In this document: positions 51,531 to 64,000 of the stretch, in pieces | How positions within the stretch are numbered: the first letter of the stretch is position 1 | How the letters are laid out: every line of letters starts with the position of its first letter | Origin: Gnetum montanum | Lineage: Eukaryota; Plantae; Gnetophyta | Direction of reading: 5' to 3' | Length of the DNA stretch: 64,000 bases | Assembly: GCA_015680685.1 (NCBI GenBank) | Contig: MNCI01002045.1 | Span: forward strand, 573,172-637,171 | Position numbers and translations under genes: made by a program | The notes under the pieces: generated by a model | Seen by the model: the letters and a program-made list of their open reading frames with translations, nothing else | What the model was told of the DNA's origin: nothing | Database searches by the model: none

Positions 51531-52372
51531 ACCGGGAAATCCTAGCAGAGTCACATCAAAAAGTGTTAGTTTTTCTTTCAAACAACCTCACCATGTGTTC
51601 AAACTCACCTGTCAACCATATAGACCTTTCCCATGAATCTCTAAGGTCTAAAATTGATAAAGTTTAGCTCTGTTTGACCAAAAATGATCTTTTTTATCAC
51701 ATGTTTTCCACCTTGGTTGGTTTGACCTTGTTTTATGATGTTTTGACTTATTTTGATATTACAATGCATGGTTGGCCTATAGAGATCACTAGTTGACCTC
51801 ATTCAACTTCTACCTAACTCCATTTTTTCCATATCTACCTTATTTTCTCTCTTTTGACATCCATTGACCTTCTTTGGCCTTTGATTGATGTTAGGTGATG
51901 TGGCTTGATCATACTTGACCATTGTTTAGCATCATGTAACCATCATGTGGCCCGCTAAGGCCTAAAACTAGCAAGACCATGGCTAGTTAAGGTCTAAAAC
52001 TAGCAAAATCTAACCTTGTTTGACCATGTTTTACCTTATGTTTCCTACTTTGATTGATTTAGCCTTTATTCACTATATTTTGACTCTATTTGACCTTGTT
52101 ATGCATCGTTGACCTTCATTGTTTGGCCTTGGTTTCATTATTAGTCATCAGGGCATCACTTGGTCCCATTCCACCAAGTGTTCCCATAGTTTGATTTTTA
52201 TTTGACCTTATGTAGCCTTTGCTTCATTTTATTTATCTTCAACTACCTCTTATAGCCTTTGTTGACCTTCTTTACACCTTGTTTAACCATGGGATAACAT
52301 GTTTTGATTGATTCATGCATAGTTGCTAGAGCATTTTATATCTTTTTGGCATTATTTACTCATTTTACCTAG

Positions 52373-55300
52373 GTGAAACTTAATGTGCTTATTGTTGATA
52401 TGCAAGATTGGAGTATGGAAACTTGGAAGAAAATCAGTTTACCACTAAATATAAGTGAACCTCATGATGATGTTGAATGATGTATTAATCTTAATTACCT
52501 AGATCTTGAGCCTGAAAGTCCAATCAACCACTTAGCCTCAATAGAGAAACCTCTAGAATTGCCTATAAACCTAGTTAAAATCCTTGACCTTGAGGCTGGC
52601 AACATTACTGAGGACTATCTAGTTGAGGTTTCTATCATGAGACATAGTGGTAATGAGAAAACACTAAAATTAAGTTTCTCACTGGAACCTCGGTAGGCTC
52701 AAGACATTACCAAGATCCTCCAGGATAACATTAAGGTCTTTACTTGGTCATATGAAGATATGCCAAGTTTTGACCCATGCCTAGTGCAACATAACATCAT
52801 ACTTGATCCTAGTATTAGATAATTTAAGCAAAATGTTCATAAGATTATGCCTGATTTAGCCTTGGTAGTTCATAATGAAATCACAAAACTATATCAAGCT
52901 AGTTTCATTGGATTTGTCAATTATGCATAATGGGTTTTCAACATAATGGTAGTCCCTAAGAAAATGGGAGTATACATATCTATATTGATTTTTGAGACCT
53001 GAATATGATTTTCCTTTGCCTAGTATTGACCAACTTATCAATACTACGGTTGGGCATGCCTTGCTATCCTGTATGGATGGTTTCTTGGGATACAACCAAA
53101 TAAGGATTAACCCAAAATATCAACTTATTATAACCTTCATGACCCCTTGGGGTACCTTTTGTTATACCATGATGTCCTTTGGCCTAAAGAATGTAGGAGC
53201 AACCTACCAAAATGTGATGACATATATCTTTAGTGATTATATGCTAGGATTGCTCAATGATTATCTAGACAATATAGCTGTTAAGTCCAAAGTGGTCAAT
53301 AACCATGCACATGATCTTAACCTTGTGTTAAAATAATGTCTCAAATATGAGCTTAGGCTTAAGCCTAAGAAGTGTGTCTTTGGCATCAAAATCGGTAAGA
53401 TTCTTGGCTTTGTAGTATCCAAAGTGGGAATACATGTCAATGTTGATAAGGTTAAGGCCATATCCAACTTGGCTACATTAACTAACCCTAAGGAGCTTCA
53501 AGGATTATAATGGAAATTACAATTTATCCTTAGGTTTATCATTAGGCTTACCGATAAGTTACAACCCATGCAACACTTGCTTAAGAAAGGAGTTCACTAT
53601 GAGTGGATAATTGAATGCGAAGAAGCCTTTGAAAACTTGAAGAAAGAGTTGGCACAAATACCTATAGTTTATCCACTATAAAAGGATAAACCTTTTTAAA
53701 TCTACCTTGTTATCTTTGACATGTCTATTGCCTATCTATTCTATCAAAAATGAGATGATGGAGTAGAGTTAGGCATATACTACTTAAGCCATGTATTGAT
53801 TACTTATGATACCTGGTACACTGAAGTGGAAAAGTATTATCTAGCCTTAGTCTTCTCACTGAATATGTGATAGAACTACCTCTTTAGAATCCAATTTAAT
53901 GTCATTTTCAAAGATAACATTCTTAGAGCCATCAAAACTAATATCTATAAAAGTAGACATATAGCCCATTGGAAAGTCATAATAGTTGAGTTTAATTTTC
54001 ACTACATATCTCAAGCCTTAATGAAGGATCAAGCTAGAGCCACATAACACACTATTACATGAGTAGAAGATCATGTAGCCATAGATCCTAAATTTCCAAA
54101 TAAACATGTTAACATTGTTAGCAATGTACCCGAGAGCTATGAGGTAGTCATGTAATCTAATGGAGCTTTAATAGCCCATGGGGCTAATGCTACTACCATC
54201 ATAACACTTCCATTTAGTGAATCTAACCCTTCACTTACAATCTCAAATTCCCATGCATAAACAATATAGTGGAGTATGAAGGATTTATCAGGGAAATGAT
54301 GGTAGCCCATGGCCTATGAATCAAATACCTAATGATTTAAGGTGTTTTACAACTTATGATTGACTAAGTAACCAAGGATTATGAATGCAAAGCTAAAACT
54401 TTACAACCTTACTATGACCTAGGAAAGAAAGTAATGTAACAATTTATAGACATTGATATCAAACATGTACCCTAAAATAAGAACATACTAGCGAATGCCA
54501 TTGCAACCTTAGCTCTCAATGTGATGCTTAATGTGTTTAGTAAGTTGCATTTCTTAATCATGGATTGCATCATTCCCATCATGTATAACATTGAGGATAG
54601 CTTTGTAGGCTCCGTTAATACTGCCCCTCCAAGAGAATAGTATGAAGATATCATGTTTTACCTTATGCATGGTGAATCTCCATAAGGTCTAACTATTTCT
54701 CAAAAGGACATTGTACAAAAATGATCAAACCAGTATGTCATTGTAGGCAATAATACATTATGTCAATAGTCATATGATGGAATATTATAAGTGTGCTTGG
54801 AAAAAATCAAAGCTTGCACAATCCTTAAGCAAGTTCATGAGGGTATATGTGGATGACATATAGGAGCTAGAGCCATGGTTGCTAAGATTAGATGGCTAGG
54901 CTATTACTAGTCCTATATGGAAAATGATTACTTATCAAAGGTTAAAACTTGTGACACTTGTAAATGGCATAATAACCTAATAGATGTGCCACCAACTGAG
55001 TTACATATGACTTAGATAACCTAGCCATTCCAATGATGGGGATTGGACATTATTAGACCTATAATACCTAAGTCTTCTGTAGGGCAAAGTTTCATCCTTG
55101 ATGTCACCGAATACTTCACAAAGTGGGTTGAAGCTATTCCCCTTAGGAAAACAACATCCCAACAAGTCTATAGATTTGTACTTTCTAATATAATAGCCCA
55201 TTTTGGCCTACCTATGAACATTGTCATAGATAATGGACCATAGCTTAGTAGCCATGAAATGAAGAACTTTTGTCATGACCTAGGTATTAAATTTCTTTTT

Positions 55301-55864
55301 GTTACCATACTACCCCTAAGTCAATGGACAAGTTGAAGTTAGCAACAAGGCCATCATAAACTTGCTTAAAAATATGATGAATAATAGTAGATGCAAATGG
55401 CATGAGCAGCTTGTGAATGCACTTTGGGCCTATCGAACCATAACTAGTGTAACTTCATATAGCTTGGTTTATGATTTTGAAGTCATTTTCCTCTTGAATT
55501 TCAAGTTTCATTACTTAAAATTGTTATATCAGAATATATCAATGATAAATAGAAGAAGGATCTACTTACCATGGACTTATACTTGGTGAAGAGATAGTGA
55601 CCACAAATGCTTGCTCACATTGAGTGATACTAGGAGAGGTAGAAATAATAGCACTACCATAATCTAAATAGACAAAAGGTTTAGAAGGGAGACCTAGTTT
55701 TCAAAGTTGTCTATGAGCATGCAAAGAAATTCTCATCTAGCTGGAAAGGGGTTTTCTTGATCACCAATTCCTACAGTAATGGAGCCTTCAAAATAGCAAA
55801 CATGAATGCAAATGAGTTGGCCAATCGAGTTAATCATTCCTATCTAAAACCTTATTCTATCTAA
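52373..55864 (+). pseudogene. pol: pol of B (RT-RNase H-aRH-integrase), decayed
   Basis: DFPLPSIDQLI, CMDGFLGYNQI, MSFGLKNVGATYQ, YLDNI, aRH NNIVEYEG, integrase EYFTKWVEAIPL, IVIDNGP, LWAYRT, WKGVF; preceded by acceptor-like TTTTACCTAG. Confidence 0.94.
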
Positions 55865-56932
55865 CACATTTTCTTGGTAGGTACCAACATCAACATCCAT
55901 GACGATAGTGATTAATAACAAGCGAGCCAATATTCCTTTCTGTACCTCCTTTTTCACGATAAATGGATTGAGAAACTTTATAACATATGTAATGCAAGAT
56001 GTAGATCCCTTTTGTATGTAATGATGGTGATCATTGGTGGCTTGGTTTGCTAATTCTTTCATGTAGCCCTGTGCATTGTATTGTGATAATATGCTCTATT
56101 TTTCTTATTTTATTCTTCTCTTAGAGTTGTTCTTGTAGAATGAATCTTGGAGTCATTGTGAAGGTAAAACTCATTATAGTAGTAGGTTTCCATGTGACCT
56201 TAATGTGTAAGATACGATGAGATTTTCCTATCATACCAAGAGTTATTATTCTGCTTTGCCCCAATTACATCTTCTTAAGCGCCACACCCATACCCTCATT
56301 ATGACCTTTCTCATCCTAAATCAAAAAGGTAACCTATGTTTGATAGTCATGCATTATGATCATTTGACATCTCCTTCATTATGCTCCACCATCAAGTTTG
56401 TTGAATGTAACATATCTCATTCAACAGGAAAACTAAATCAAACTAGGGCTTGGTAATGAAACCCAATGAAGGGTCCATCTCCTAAAAAAATGGGGAAGCA
56501 AATCTCTAAGAAGCAAAATGGTCAATGTTGACTAAAAGAAAAACCAATGGCTTAAAACATACAAATGGAGAAGCTTGATGGCCAAAGAAGCCTTGGAGTG
56601 AGGTGTTGGTTGCTCAAAAACATTATCGAGTGAGCAACACTACAAAGCACAAAGCGTAAAAACCTTACTTATTATTCAACATGTTAGTGCCATATCATAG
56701 CCATGATGTCAACCTATGGAACCCATTGGTAGCCCTCATAACCATTTTCTAGTGAACAAATATAACATGCAAAATTTTACCTCCTCTTCATAGCCTTTTT
56801 CCATTATCACAAAGCACTCTTTGACATGACTTAATACTATAGGATCAAGTGTAGGGAGGAAACATTAGTGATAGACAGTGGTGTTTTGTATTCTTTTTCT
56901 TTGTCTCTTAGGTTAATCCTCCAAACATCAAT

Positions 56933-56945
56933 AAAGAGGGAGCAA
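56933..56945 (+). promoter_or_regulatory. PPT of B
   Basis: AAAGAGGGAGCAA directly before the 3' LTR. Confidence 0.85.
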
Positions 56946-58390
56946 TGAAACACACCTAGAAAATTCATGTTGTAACATGTAACCTTCAACATCCAACTTG
57001 AGGAAAGATCTTATTATAAATGTAAGGCTTATAGTCCATGAGCTACAATCTTGCATATTTTAACTTTTTGGAGCTAAAAAATGCCTCATAAGTTGCTATT
57101 GCCTTACTTCCCAAGTGGAAAAAGTGCTATAATGTCTATATATGGGCTTGGGAAGGCTAACAATGGCTTGGAGATAGCCAAATTTGGCATTTTCATGAAT
57201 TTTTGTAGAGGTATAGCCTCAACTACGCTGGAACAATCTACCCCTAGTGTAGATGGTGTTGGATTCTCATTTCCCAAAAAAACCCAACGTAGTCACCACA
57301 AAACCCAGTGTAGTTGAAATCATCTAATGTTGGTTTTATTGGGTTTTACATTTTCCTAGCAATGGCCAATGTAGTCATAATAGTTTTCTAGTGGTGGTAG
57401 CATGGCCAACGTAGTCATCATGGATTTCTAGCAGTTGAAATTTAGCTAGTGTAGTTACCATGATTTTAACAATTTCCAAAAAATGCTAGCATAGTCTTCC
57501 AAGGATAGCATAGTTGAGGTGAAGGCCAACATCATCATAATAGTATGTTTACAATTTTTAGTATACAGATGGGTTTTGATGGCTTTAATGCATAAAAAAT
57601 TCCTATAAATGGTCAACTATGTTGAAAACCATAACTATTACACCTACAAATAAACACCAATTTGTCAACAATCATGGTAGAAATTTGCAACATGAAATTA
57701 GCAATCTAAAGCCTATAAAAGATAAATGTAAAAATCTAATTTAGGTTACAAACATTTTCTCTTGGGAAGTTCTAAAAGGAATTTTGTTCCAAACATTTTT
57801 GTAATTGAGAAACCTAGAAACCTTTGCAACCTCAAGAATTTCATAGCCATTTTGGCACTTGTAAGACTTTTGAGAAGTAATTGGAATCTACTTCAGCACC
57901 AGATGCTCTCAATGTAGTCCCATTACCACTAAAGTCAAAAACCATTGTTTACACTGTTAACATCCAAAAGTTGCAAACTTGAATGACAACCAACAAGGAG
58001 TTGTAAGAGATTGGAGTTGGGAAGTACTTGGATCAGGGAGTTTGACTACAAAACATAACCTACTAGGTCTAATAGTCTTCAAGCTCCATGGAAGCCAGCT
58101 TCTTGTGCATTTTAGCACACCATATGTACTTAAACTTTAAACTTTTATTCAATAAAGTTTTCAATTCATTTGTAGTGCAGATTTAGTTTTAAGTTTAATT
58201 ATATGTTTATTTATTTTCATTTAAATCTACAATTTTATTTTCTTGTTTATACTTTGTAAGTCCTTGAGTAATCAACAAGATTATCTAGGGCACCTTGGAT
58301 CCTATTTCTCAGAGGTCCTTGGGATCCAAGGTTAGGATGTTGTACTTGGGGTTTTCAGTTTTCCAGTAACCAAATTCTTTAGGCACTACA
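56946..58390 (+). repeat. 3' LTR of B
   Basis: TGAAAC...CTACA, followed by TSD GTGGC. Confidence 0.94.
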
Positions 58391-58877
58391 GTGGCCTACA
58401 ATGTCTAAGGATGCACATATAGTAGTTAAGATGTGTGATAAATGCCAACATCATGCTCACTTATTTATGTTCCATATTAAGAGCTTAGGACCTCCAAAAT
58501 TATATGGCCTTTCAAAAATGGGGGCTAGATCTTATAGGATCTATCAATCCTTCATCTTCTCTTAGTGACTAGTTTATTTTAATAGCTACTGAATATTTTA
58601 CTAAGTGGTTTGAAGCTATTTTTTTAAGTGCTACAACTTCTAAGAATGCTTGTCATTTTATTTTAGATAATATAATCACTTACTTTTGTATCCCTCTTCA
58701 CATCATGATAGATAATGGACCTAAATTTAAGAGCAAAGAACTAGCCAAATTCTATGATTAATACCAAATTACCCATTCATTCTCATTTTTGTATTACCCA
58801 CAATCCAATGGGAAAGTTAAATTAACCAATAAATCCATCATCTATTTACTAAAAGTCATGATTGAAGAATCCCAATG
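58391..58877 (+). pseudogene. Integrase core of E (continuation after B)
   Basis: WPTMSKDAHIVVKMCDKCQHH...WGLDLIG...EYFTKWFEAI...DNGPKF...YYPQSNGK. Confidence 0.92.
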
Positions 58878-59889
58878 TGAAACACCATCAAGAAATCTCA
58901 TGTTGCAACTTGTAACCTTCACCATCAAAACCCAAGGTTAGAATTTTATTATAAAATGTGAAGATTATAATCCATGAGATATAATTTCACATTCTTTAAC
59001 TTTTGCGGCTGAAAAAAATTCCTCATAAGTTGTTATAGCATCACTTCCCAAGTGAAAAATGTCCTTTAATATCTATATTGGGGCTTGGGAAGCTTAAAAT
59101 GCCTTTTGGACTACCAAAATTGGCATTTTCATTGGTTTTATGGGGGGTATGACCATTACTACGCTAGAAACACCCATGCCTAGCATTGGGGGTTGGGTTT
59201 TCATCTTCCCTATAATGACTAGCATAGTTTCTGAAACCTTCAATGTTGCTACATCAAGCTAGTGTTGGAGTAGTTTGGGTTTCTATTTTTTCCAATAAAT
59301 TTTAGCATTACTTCAACAACTCCAATGTTGCTACAAAAGACTAGTGTGAATGGGAGAAGCGAGGGTTGTTGGAAAATCCCATTTACTATTTATGGTAATT
59401 AGCATGATTTTGGTGCCTTGGGGGGTACCAAAACTTACCATAAATGGAAACTACACTAGAATTGAAAGCCTGCCATGCCTACAAATGATGACAATTTTTT
59501 AGTAATCATGACAAAAATTTTCAACCAAAAATCAACAGCCATATAGCATATAAATGCCCATCTCAAACACCTTGAAGAGGTTTTCACTTTTGAATTTCTT
59601 GCATTCAAAAATCTTTTGGTAATTCTTGAGCATGAGAACCTTTAACAACCGCAAGAACTTATGAGAACCTTTAACAACCAAAAGCACTTATGACCTTTGA
59701 GGATTGTGTGAGATTTTTGGAGAAATGTCCAACTACCTAAGCACAAAGATTCTCAACGTAGCACCCCCTTTTCCATAAAAGTTATTCACATATCTTACCC
59801 CTTTGAAATCAATGTTGTAGATTTGGATAATAAACTGACAATGAGTTTTAGTGTTGGAAGTTGGGAAGTACCTAGATCATGGAGCTAAC
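58878..59889 (+). mobile_element. Element F: LTR of the B/D family, interrupted by G
   Basis: Starts TGAAACACCATCAAGAAA; colinear with the B LTR up to the GGAAGTACCTAGATCATGGAG segment, where G begins. Confidence 0.88.
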
Positions 59890-61436
59890 TGAAACACCAT
59901 GAAAATTGCGAGTCGGCCTTAGGCAAAGATTCGCAATTTAGGTGAGAGCACATGTCAGAATTCCAGAAGGGAGAACAAGACAGAGCAAGACCAAGAGGCG
60001 CGTAGCATCAACTCTTCGACTTCCTATGTAGATTCCTAATCTTACTATGTTTTCTCTGTTTACGCTATATGACGCGACGTAGCGTAATGACGCTTAGCAT
60101 GATTCCGTTTGACATAGTCTGACATCAGAAGGCTATTTACTGCAGCACGTGGAAGGGCTTGAGCAGCGTAATATGCGATTTCTCGTATATTTTGCTAAGT
60201 CTTTTGCTCAAAGCCAAGTTTATGCTTTGTAACACACGGCAGCGTAATGAGCTTCAAAACAGTCAAAGGCAAAGTCTAAGGAAGTGCACAGATCAACCCT
60301 TTTCTCTTGACGTGCGGATTGCTCATCATACGCTCATTACGCAACGTAGAGTATCACGGCGTAATGCATCGCCAAGCTAAACATTGTTTATGCTTCATTA
60401 CGCGCGGTTGCGTAAGCGAGCATAAAACAGCTTGAATCCATTGTTTCCATGTTATGTTACACTCTTACACGCAACGCAACATGAATGAGCGTAATATAGC
60501 CCAAAGACAGTTGAAACATGCCCGACGCACATCTGTTATTCACACACACAATACGCAAATGCACGTATTGTGCGTAGTCACGGAGTTCAACACAAAGCCG
60601 GTTAGGTCAACGATCTCCCGAAAGGTCTGAAACAAGTGTCATCACAGCTGTGCCTTCTCCACATATTGTCAAACCTATAAATGTCCCAGTTGGCGAAGAA
60701 AAATAGGGGCAACTAGACAGAACAGGAGCAACAGAGCAACAATAGAGAGACAGAGACAGGAGATACTTGACTTGAGCATTGGCAGTAAGAGCGATTACCC
60801 CTTTGGTGAAGAGACAATTTTCCCCATTGGTGATCGTCAACAGTTCCGAACAAAAACTACCAAGGAAAAAGGAGCAGATCAGAGATCCAGAGATCATCTG
60901 GTGTGGTTTGTGAGTTCCTATTGATCATAAGCAGTTGATCAATAGACGTCAGCACTTGACCTTCCTTGCATCCCTTCTCCGACCTACAAGGTAGATCGGA
61001 TTCTATTCTGCACTTCCGCTCAGACAGTTTGCTTGTTTCTTGTTGCTTTGTACTTGCTTTATACAAAACAATCGGGGTCTCCCCAGTGTAACTTGAATAT
61101 ACAAAATACTTATTTTCCTGGGTCAAACCATAGATCTTGTAATCACGTGTTTCTCTCGTGTCCGATTCTTGTTATCGTGTTAACGCTGTCACCATCGTTA
61201 CCATTCATCTACATCGCTTTCTCTCATTTCGCGACTTGTCGAATCAAATCATTCCATGAGATATTCATAATCTTCATCGGTTTACTGATTGGTAAGTCGC
61301 TGTTTGATTAACAAGACCATTCAGGGCGCCGCGGATTCATTTTTCCAACATAGCCCTTGCACGTATCCATGGTTAAAACTGTGTACGAGGGATTTTGTTT
61401 GGTATTTTCCAGCTACCTACATTTTCCGTCGTTACA
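59890..61436 (+). repeat. 5' LTR of G
   Basis: TG...CA termini, TATA-like CCTATAAAT near 60673, many GCGTAA/TTACGC motifs at 59998-60580. Confidence 0.9.
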
Positions 61437-61442
61437 GTTTTC

Positions 61443-61459
61443 TGGTGCTAGAAGGAGGG
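61443..61459 (+). promoter_or_regulatory. PBS (tRNA-Asn) of G
   Basis: TGGTGCTAGAAGGAGGG, 6 nt after the LTR. Confidence 0.88.
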
Positions 61460-61678
61460 CCTAGGCTCCGATCGATATTTTTCGGGTAGCCCTGTTAGCG
61501 ATTTATACCCAAAACCGTAAACGTAATACCTCTAGGGAAGTTTACGACAAATCGTGTGGTGTAGGTCGGTCGCAAGAACGATTCCTTTGGAATCCTGCAA
61601 GGTAGAAAGCCTATTTGCGATCTTTTTGTCAGACACCTTTTAGATCCAGTCATTCGTCGCCGTTAATCCACTTTATTG

Positions 61679-64000
61679 ATGGATTCTGTATACACGACCA
61701 CAACCACCATGGTTGCCGCTGACTTGGGTGCCACATCCGTGAACCCCATCCCTGTCACCAAGCCGGCTCCTAGTGCGGCAGGACCTCAAGGACCATCGCG
61801 TAGGTCATTGAGACTGCAGGGCAAAGACCCTATTTTCACGGTCATGACCCCTGAAGAATATAATTTCATTTGCGTTAAGATCCAGGCAAAGCTTGCCCTT
61901 AGCTGGGCTGAGATCGAAGTAAAAAGAAATTACGAGATGATCCACCGAGGGGGTCACGATTTCACTCCAATAGCCTACGAATTTATTCCTTTAACAGACC
62001 AGAAACATGAAATCATAACACAGTTGGTCATGGCCAAGAGCCAGGCTTCACGGGCTATGTTGGAGCCCTAGAATGGAGAGGAGGAAGAGGATGAATTGGC
62101 AGCCCAATCTGAACACTCGTTCCATACTCTGAGCCCCCACACGTACGTAAATCCCCTGTTTCCTTTCAACAGAGAGGCCGCTCCTCTTGACTCAGCCATA
62201 ACCACACAGATGCATGTCCCCATCATTCCACAAGCCACTGCAGAGCCATCTGGGCTACAAGTGCAAGTGCCCCACAATAACATGGGGGCAGTCGCATCAT
62301 CACGGGTACTCAGCATTCCAGCGGTGGTTCCGACAACCACCGTGCCCCACCTCATCCCGCAGATCCAACCCTAAACCATATCCATGACTTGCCCGATGCA
62401 AACCCTATCTTTGCCGCCCCCTCCAACCCATCAGATCACCACCGTCGTGTAGCCACAAATACCTGTTCAACAGTTTGCCGCCGCGAGTCAGTGGACCTAC
62501 CCCACGACACAACACAACCAATCGGCGGTGTACGGTGTGCAACCCTCGGTGGCACCAGCAACGCACATTCCGCAGGTGAACCCGCAATACCACTATCCTT
62601 ACCCCGCACAGCTGGCGGCGGCAAATCTTTCTTCTTGAACCGACGGATGGTGGTCTTCACAGGCATCCCTGCCTGCAGGGATTCCTGCCCCATAGTCTAC
62701 CGGCCCAACCATCCCGTCATTCCCACTGCCTGGCACTGCCTTCCAAGGTCAGCCCCCTGCTCCTCCTGCACAAACACCTCCAGCAACAGGTCTAGATCAG
62801 TCTTTCCAGCTTATCCAGACTCTTACCGAGGAGGTTAGACGCCTCAAAGCCGCCGGTTCAGATACCGTTCAGATCATGGACTTTTACCAGGATGATCCAA
62901 TCAGTTCGGCGGTCCCCATGTTGTCGTTGCCTCTAGGGATGTCCTTACCCCATTTCACCAAGTATAATGGAGAGGGAGATCCCAATGCTCAATTGGTCAC
63001 CTTTAGATCCGAGTCCTTGTTGTTACAACAATGGCCACAGACGATTATCCGAGTCTTTACTATGTCATTAATAGGGAAAGCTTTGGATTGGTACCGAGCC
63101 CTTCCACGCTCTTCCATTTCAACCTTGGAAGAGCTGCTGACACAATTTGTGACCCGCTTTAAGTACAACTTGAAGCCGAAAGTCACGTTGGATCAGCTCA
63201 TGGGGGTGAAACAAGACCCGCTTGAACTAGTCCAGAGGTTCATACAGCGTTGGAATGCAACCTTGAATGAAATCCGTGAGCCAATCGTGGATTCACATCT
63301 ATTTGTTATATTCAAGGGAGCAGTCAATGACTTTATTAAGTCAAAGTTGTACTATCTTTCCCCCAACTCTTTACATCAGGCCTTCGCTCAAGTTAGAAGC
63401 ATCCAAGATGCTGCGGAGGACAACAAAGACCCAGCGTATGTCGCCTACAGGAATGCTCACAACAAGGGCAAAGACAAAGGTAAGGCGACAACAACGACGG
63501 TAGCTGTGCTAACTAAGGGCGCAAAGAATAAGAACAAGAAGGCACCTACAGCGCCTCCTGAGGCTACGGCTGGTGTAGGAACTAGTCAGGACACGGCAGC
63601 TCCTGAAAAGGCCCCCCAGCCTAAACCAAACTTTGAGCGTAAAGATCGCTCAAAGTACACAACCTTACCTGTAAAGCATTCGGAACTGTTAAAACAACTG
63701 TTAAGGGTAGGGCACATTCAACCTAAGAAGGTGTCCGAGGAAGCTCTGAAGCGTCACAGAGGTCATTGTGAACTGCTGAAGAACCCTTCTTTAGCCTTAC
63801 CTAACGAACCACCAGTTTCGAGATCTTTCAGGCTGGACCATTTCTGTGACTACCACCAGTTGTGTGGTCACGATACGGATTACTGCTGGGCGTTGAAAGA
63901 CGACATTCAATGTATGCTGGATGATGGTTTACTCAAGTTAGACGGCAGTAACCCGACGCGCCCAGAAAACCAAACATTGCATGTATATAAGGACCCATTG
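61679..64000 (+). pseudogene. gag: gag of G: single frame with 5 in-frame stops in the P/Q-rich N-terminal half; open from 62696 to the window end
   Basis: PHFTKYNGEGDP, GKALDWYRALP, knuckle CDYHQLCGHDTDYC; stops at 62069, 62372, 62450, 62636 and 62693. Confidence 0.93.

Larger units (their letters stand above)
36712..58390 (+). mobile_element. Element B: complete 21.7-kb Ty3/gypsy Tat-type LTR retrotransposon with a ~10-kb cargo-bearing PR-RT spacer
   Basis: Paired LTRs 36712-38016 and 56946-58390, perfect TSD GTGGC (36707-36711, 58391-58395), PBS, gag-PR, pol RT-RH-aRH-INT, PPT. Confidence 0.95.
59890..64000 (+). mobile_element. Element G: young, CpG-rich Tat-type gypsy (5' LTR, PBS, gag), runs off the window
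   Basis: LTR TGAAACACC...GTTACA, PBS, and gag without frameshifts. Confidence 0.93.

Noticed and set aside
60159-61489. Several 60-96-aa ORFs
   Set aside because: They lie within G's LTR/PBS on both strands and are expected by chance in GC-richer young sequence.
62068-62838. Overlapping alternative-frame and antisense ORFs in G
   Set aside because: Shadows of the GC-rich P/Q-rich gag linker; the gag frame is continuous with the capsid.

Overview
This is AT-rich, CpG/CHG-depleted plant nuclear heterochromatin (species not determinable from the sequence). It consists entirely of at least nine nested, mostly decayed LTR retrotransposons. No intact host gene, RNA gene or CRISPR array was seen. 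The oldest layer is element E, a + strand Ty3/gypsy Tat-type element with pol order RT-RH-aRH-INT. E is interrupted by D (- strand, in E's 5' UTR), by the complete 21.7-kb element B (36712-58390, TSD GTGGC, in E's integrase) and by LTR F, which in turn contains the young CpG-rich element G. D is interrupted by element A. A carries a non-autonomous SIRE copia (3178-8088, TSD ATGGT), a pol-deleted gypsy C and a solo LTR H (14774-16066, TSD TTAGC). Main observation: in B, gag-PR and RT are about 10 kb apart. The gap holds an antisense, multi-exon gene encoding an FCP1/SCP(NIF)-type HAD fold without its catalytic aspartates, fused to a plant-transposon (PMD/Transposase_32-like) domain and a coiled coil. 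Beside it lies a ~191-bp-period array of a 22-bp palindrome, whose half-site recurs in the LTRs. Element A has a diverged copy of the gene with the same exon layout and a variant palindrome array. The candidate system is a retrotransposon-encoded, sequence-targeted chromatin or anti-silencing module. Domain calls are by-eye motif recognition, not database searches.
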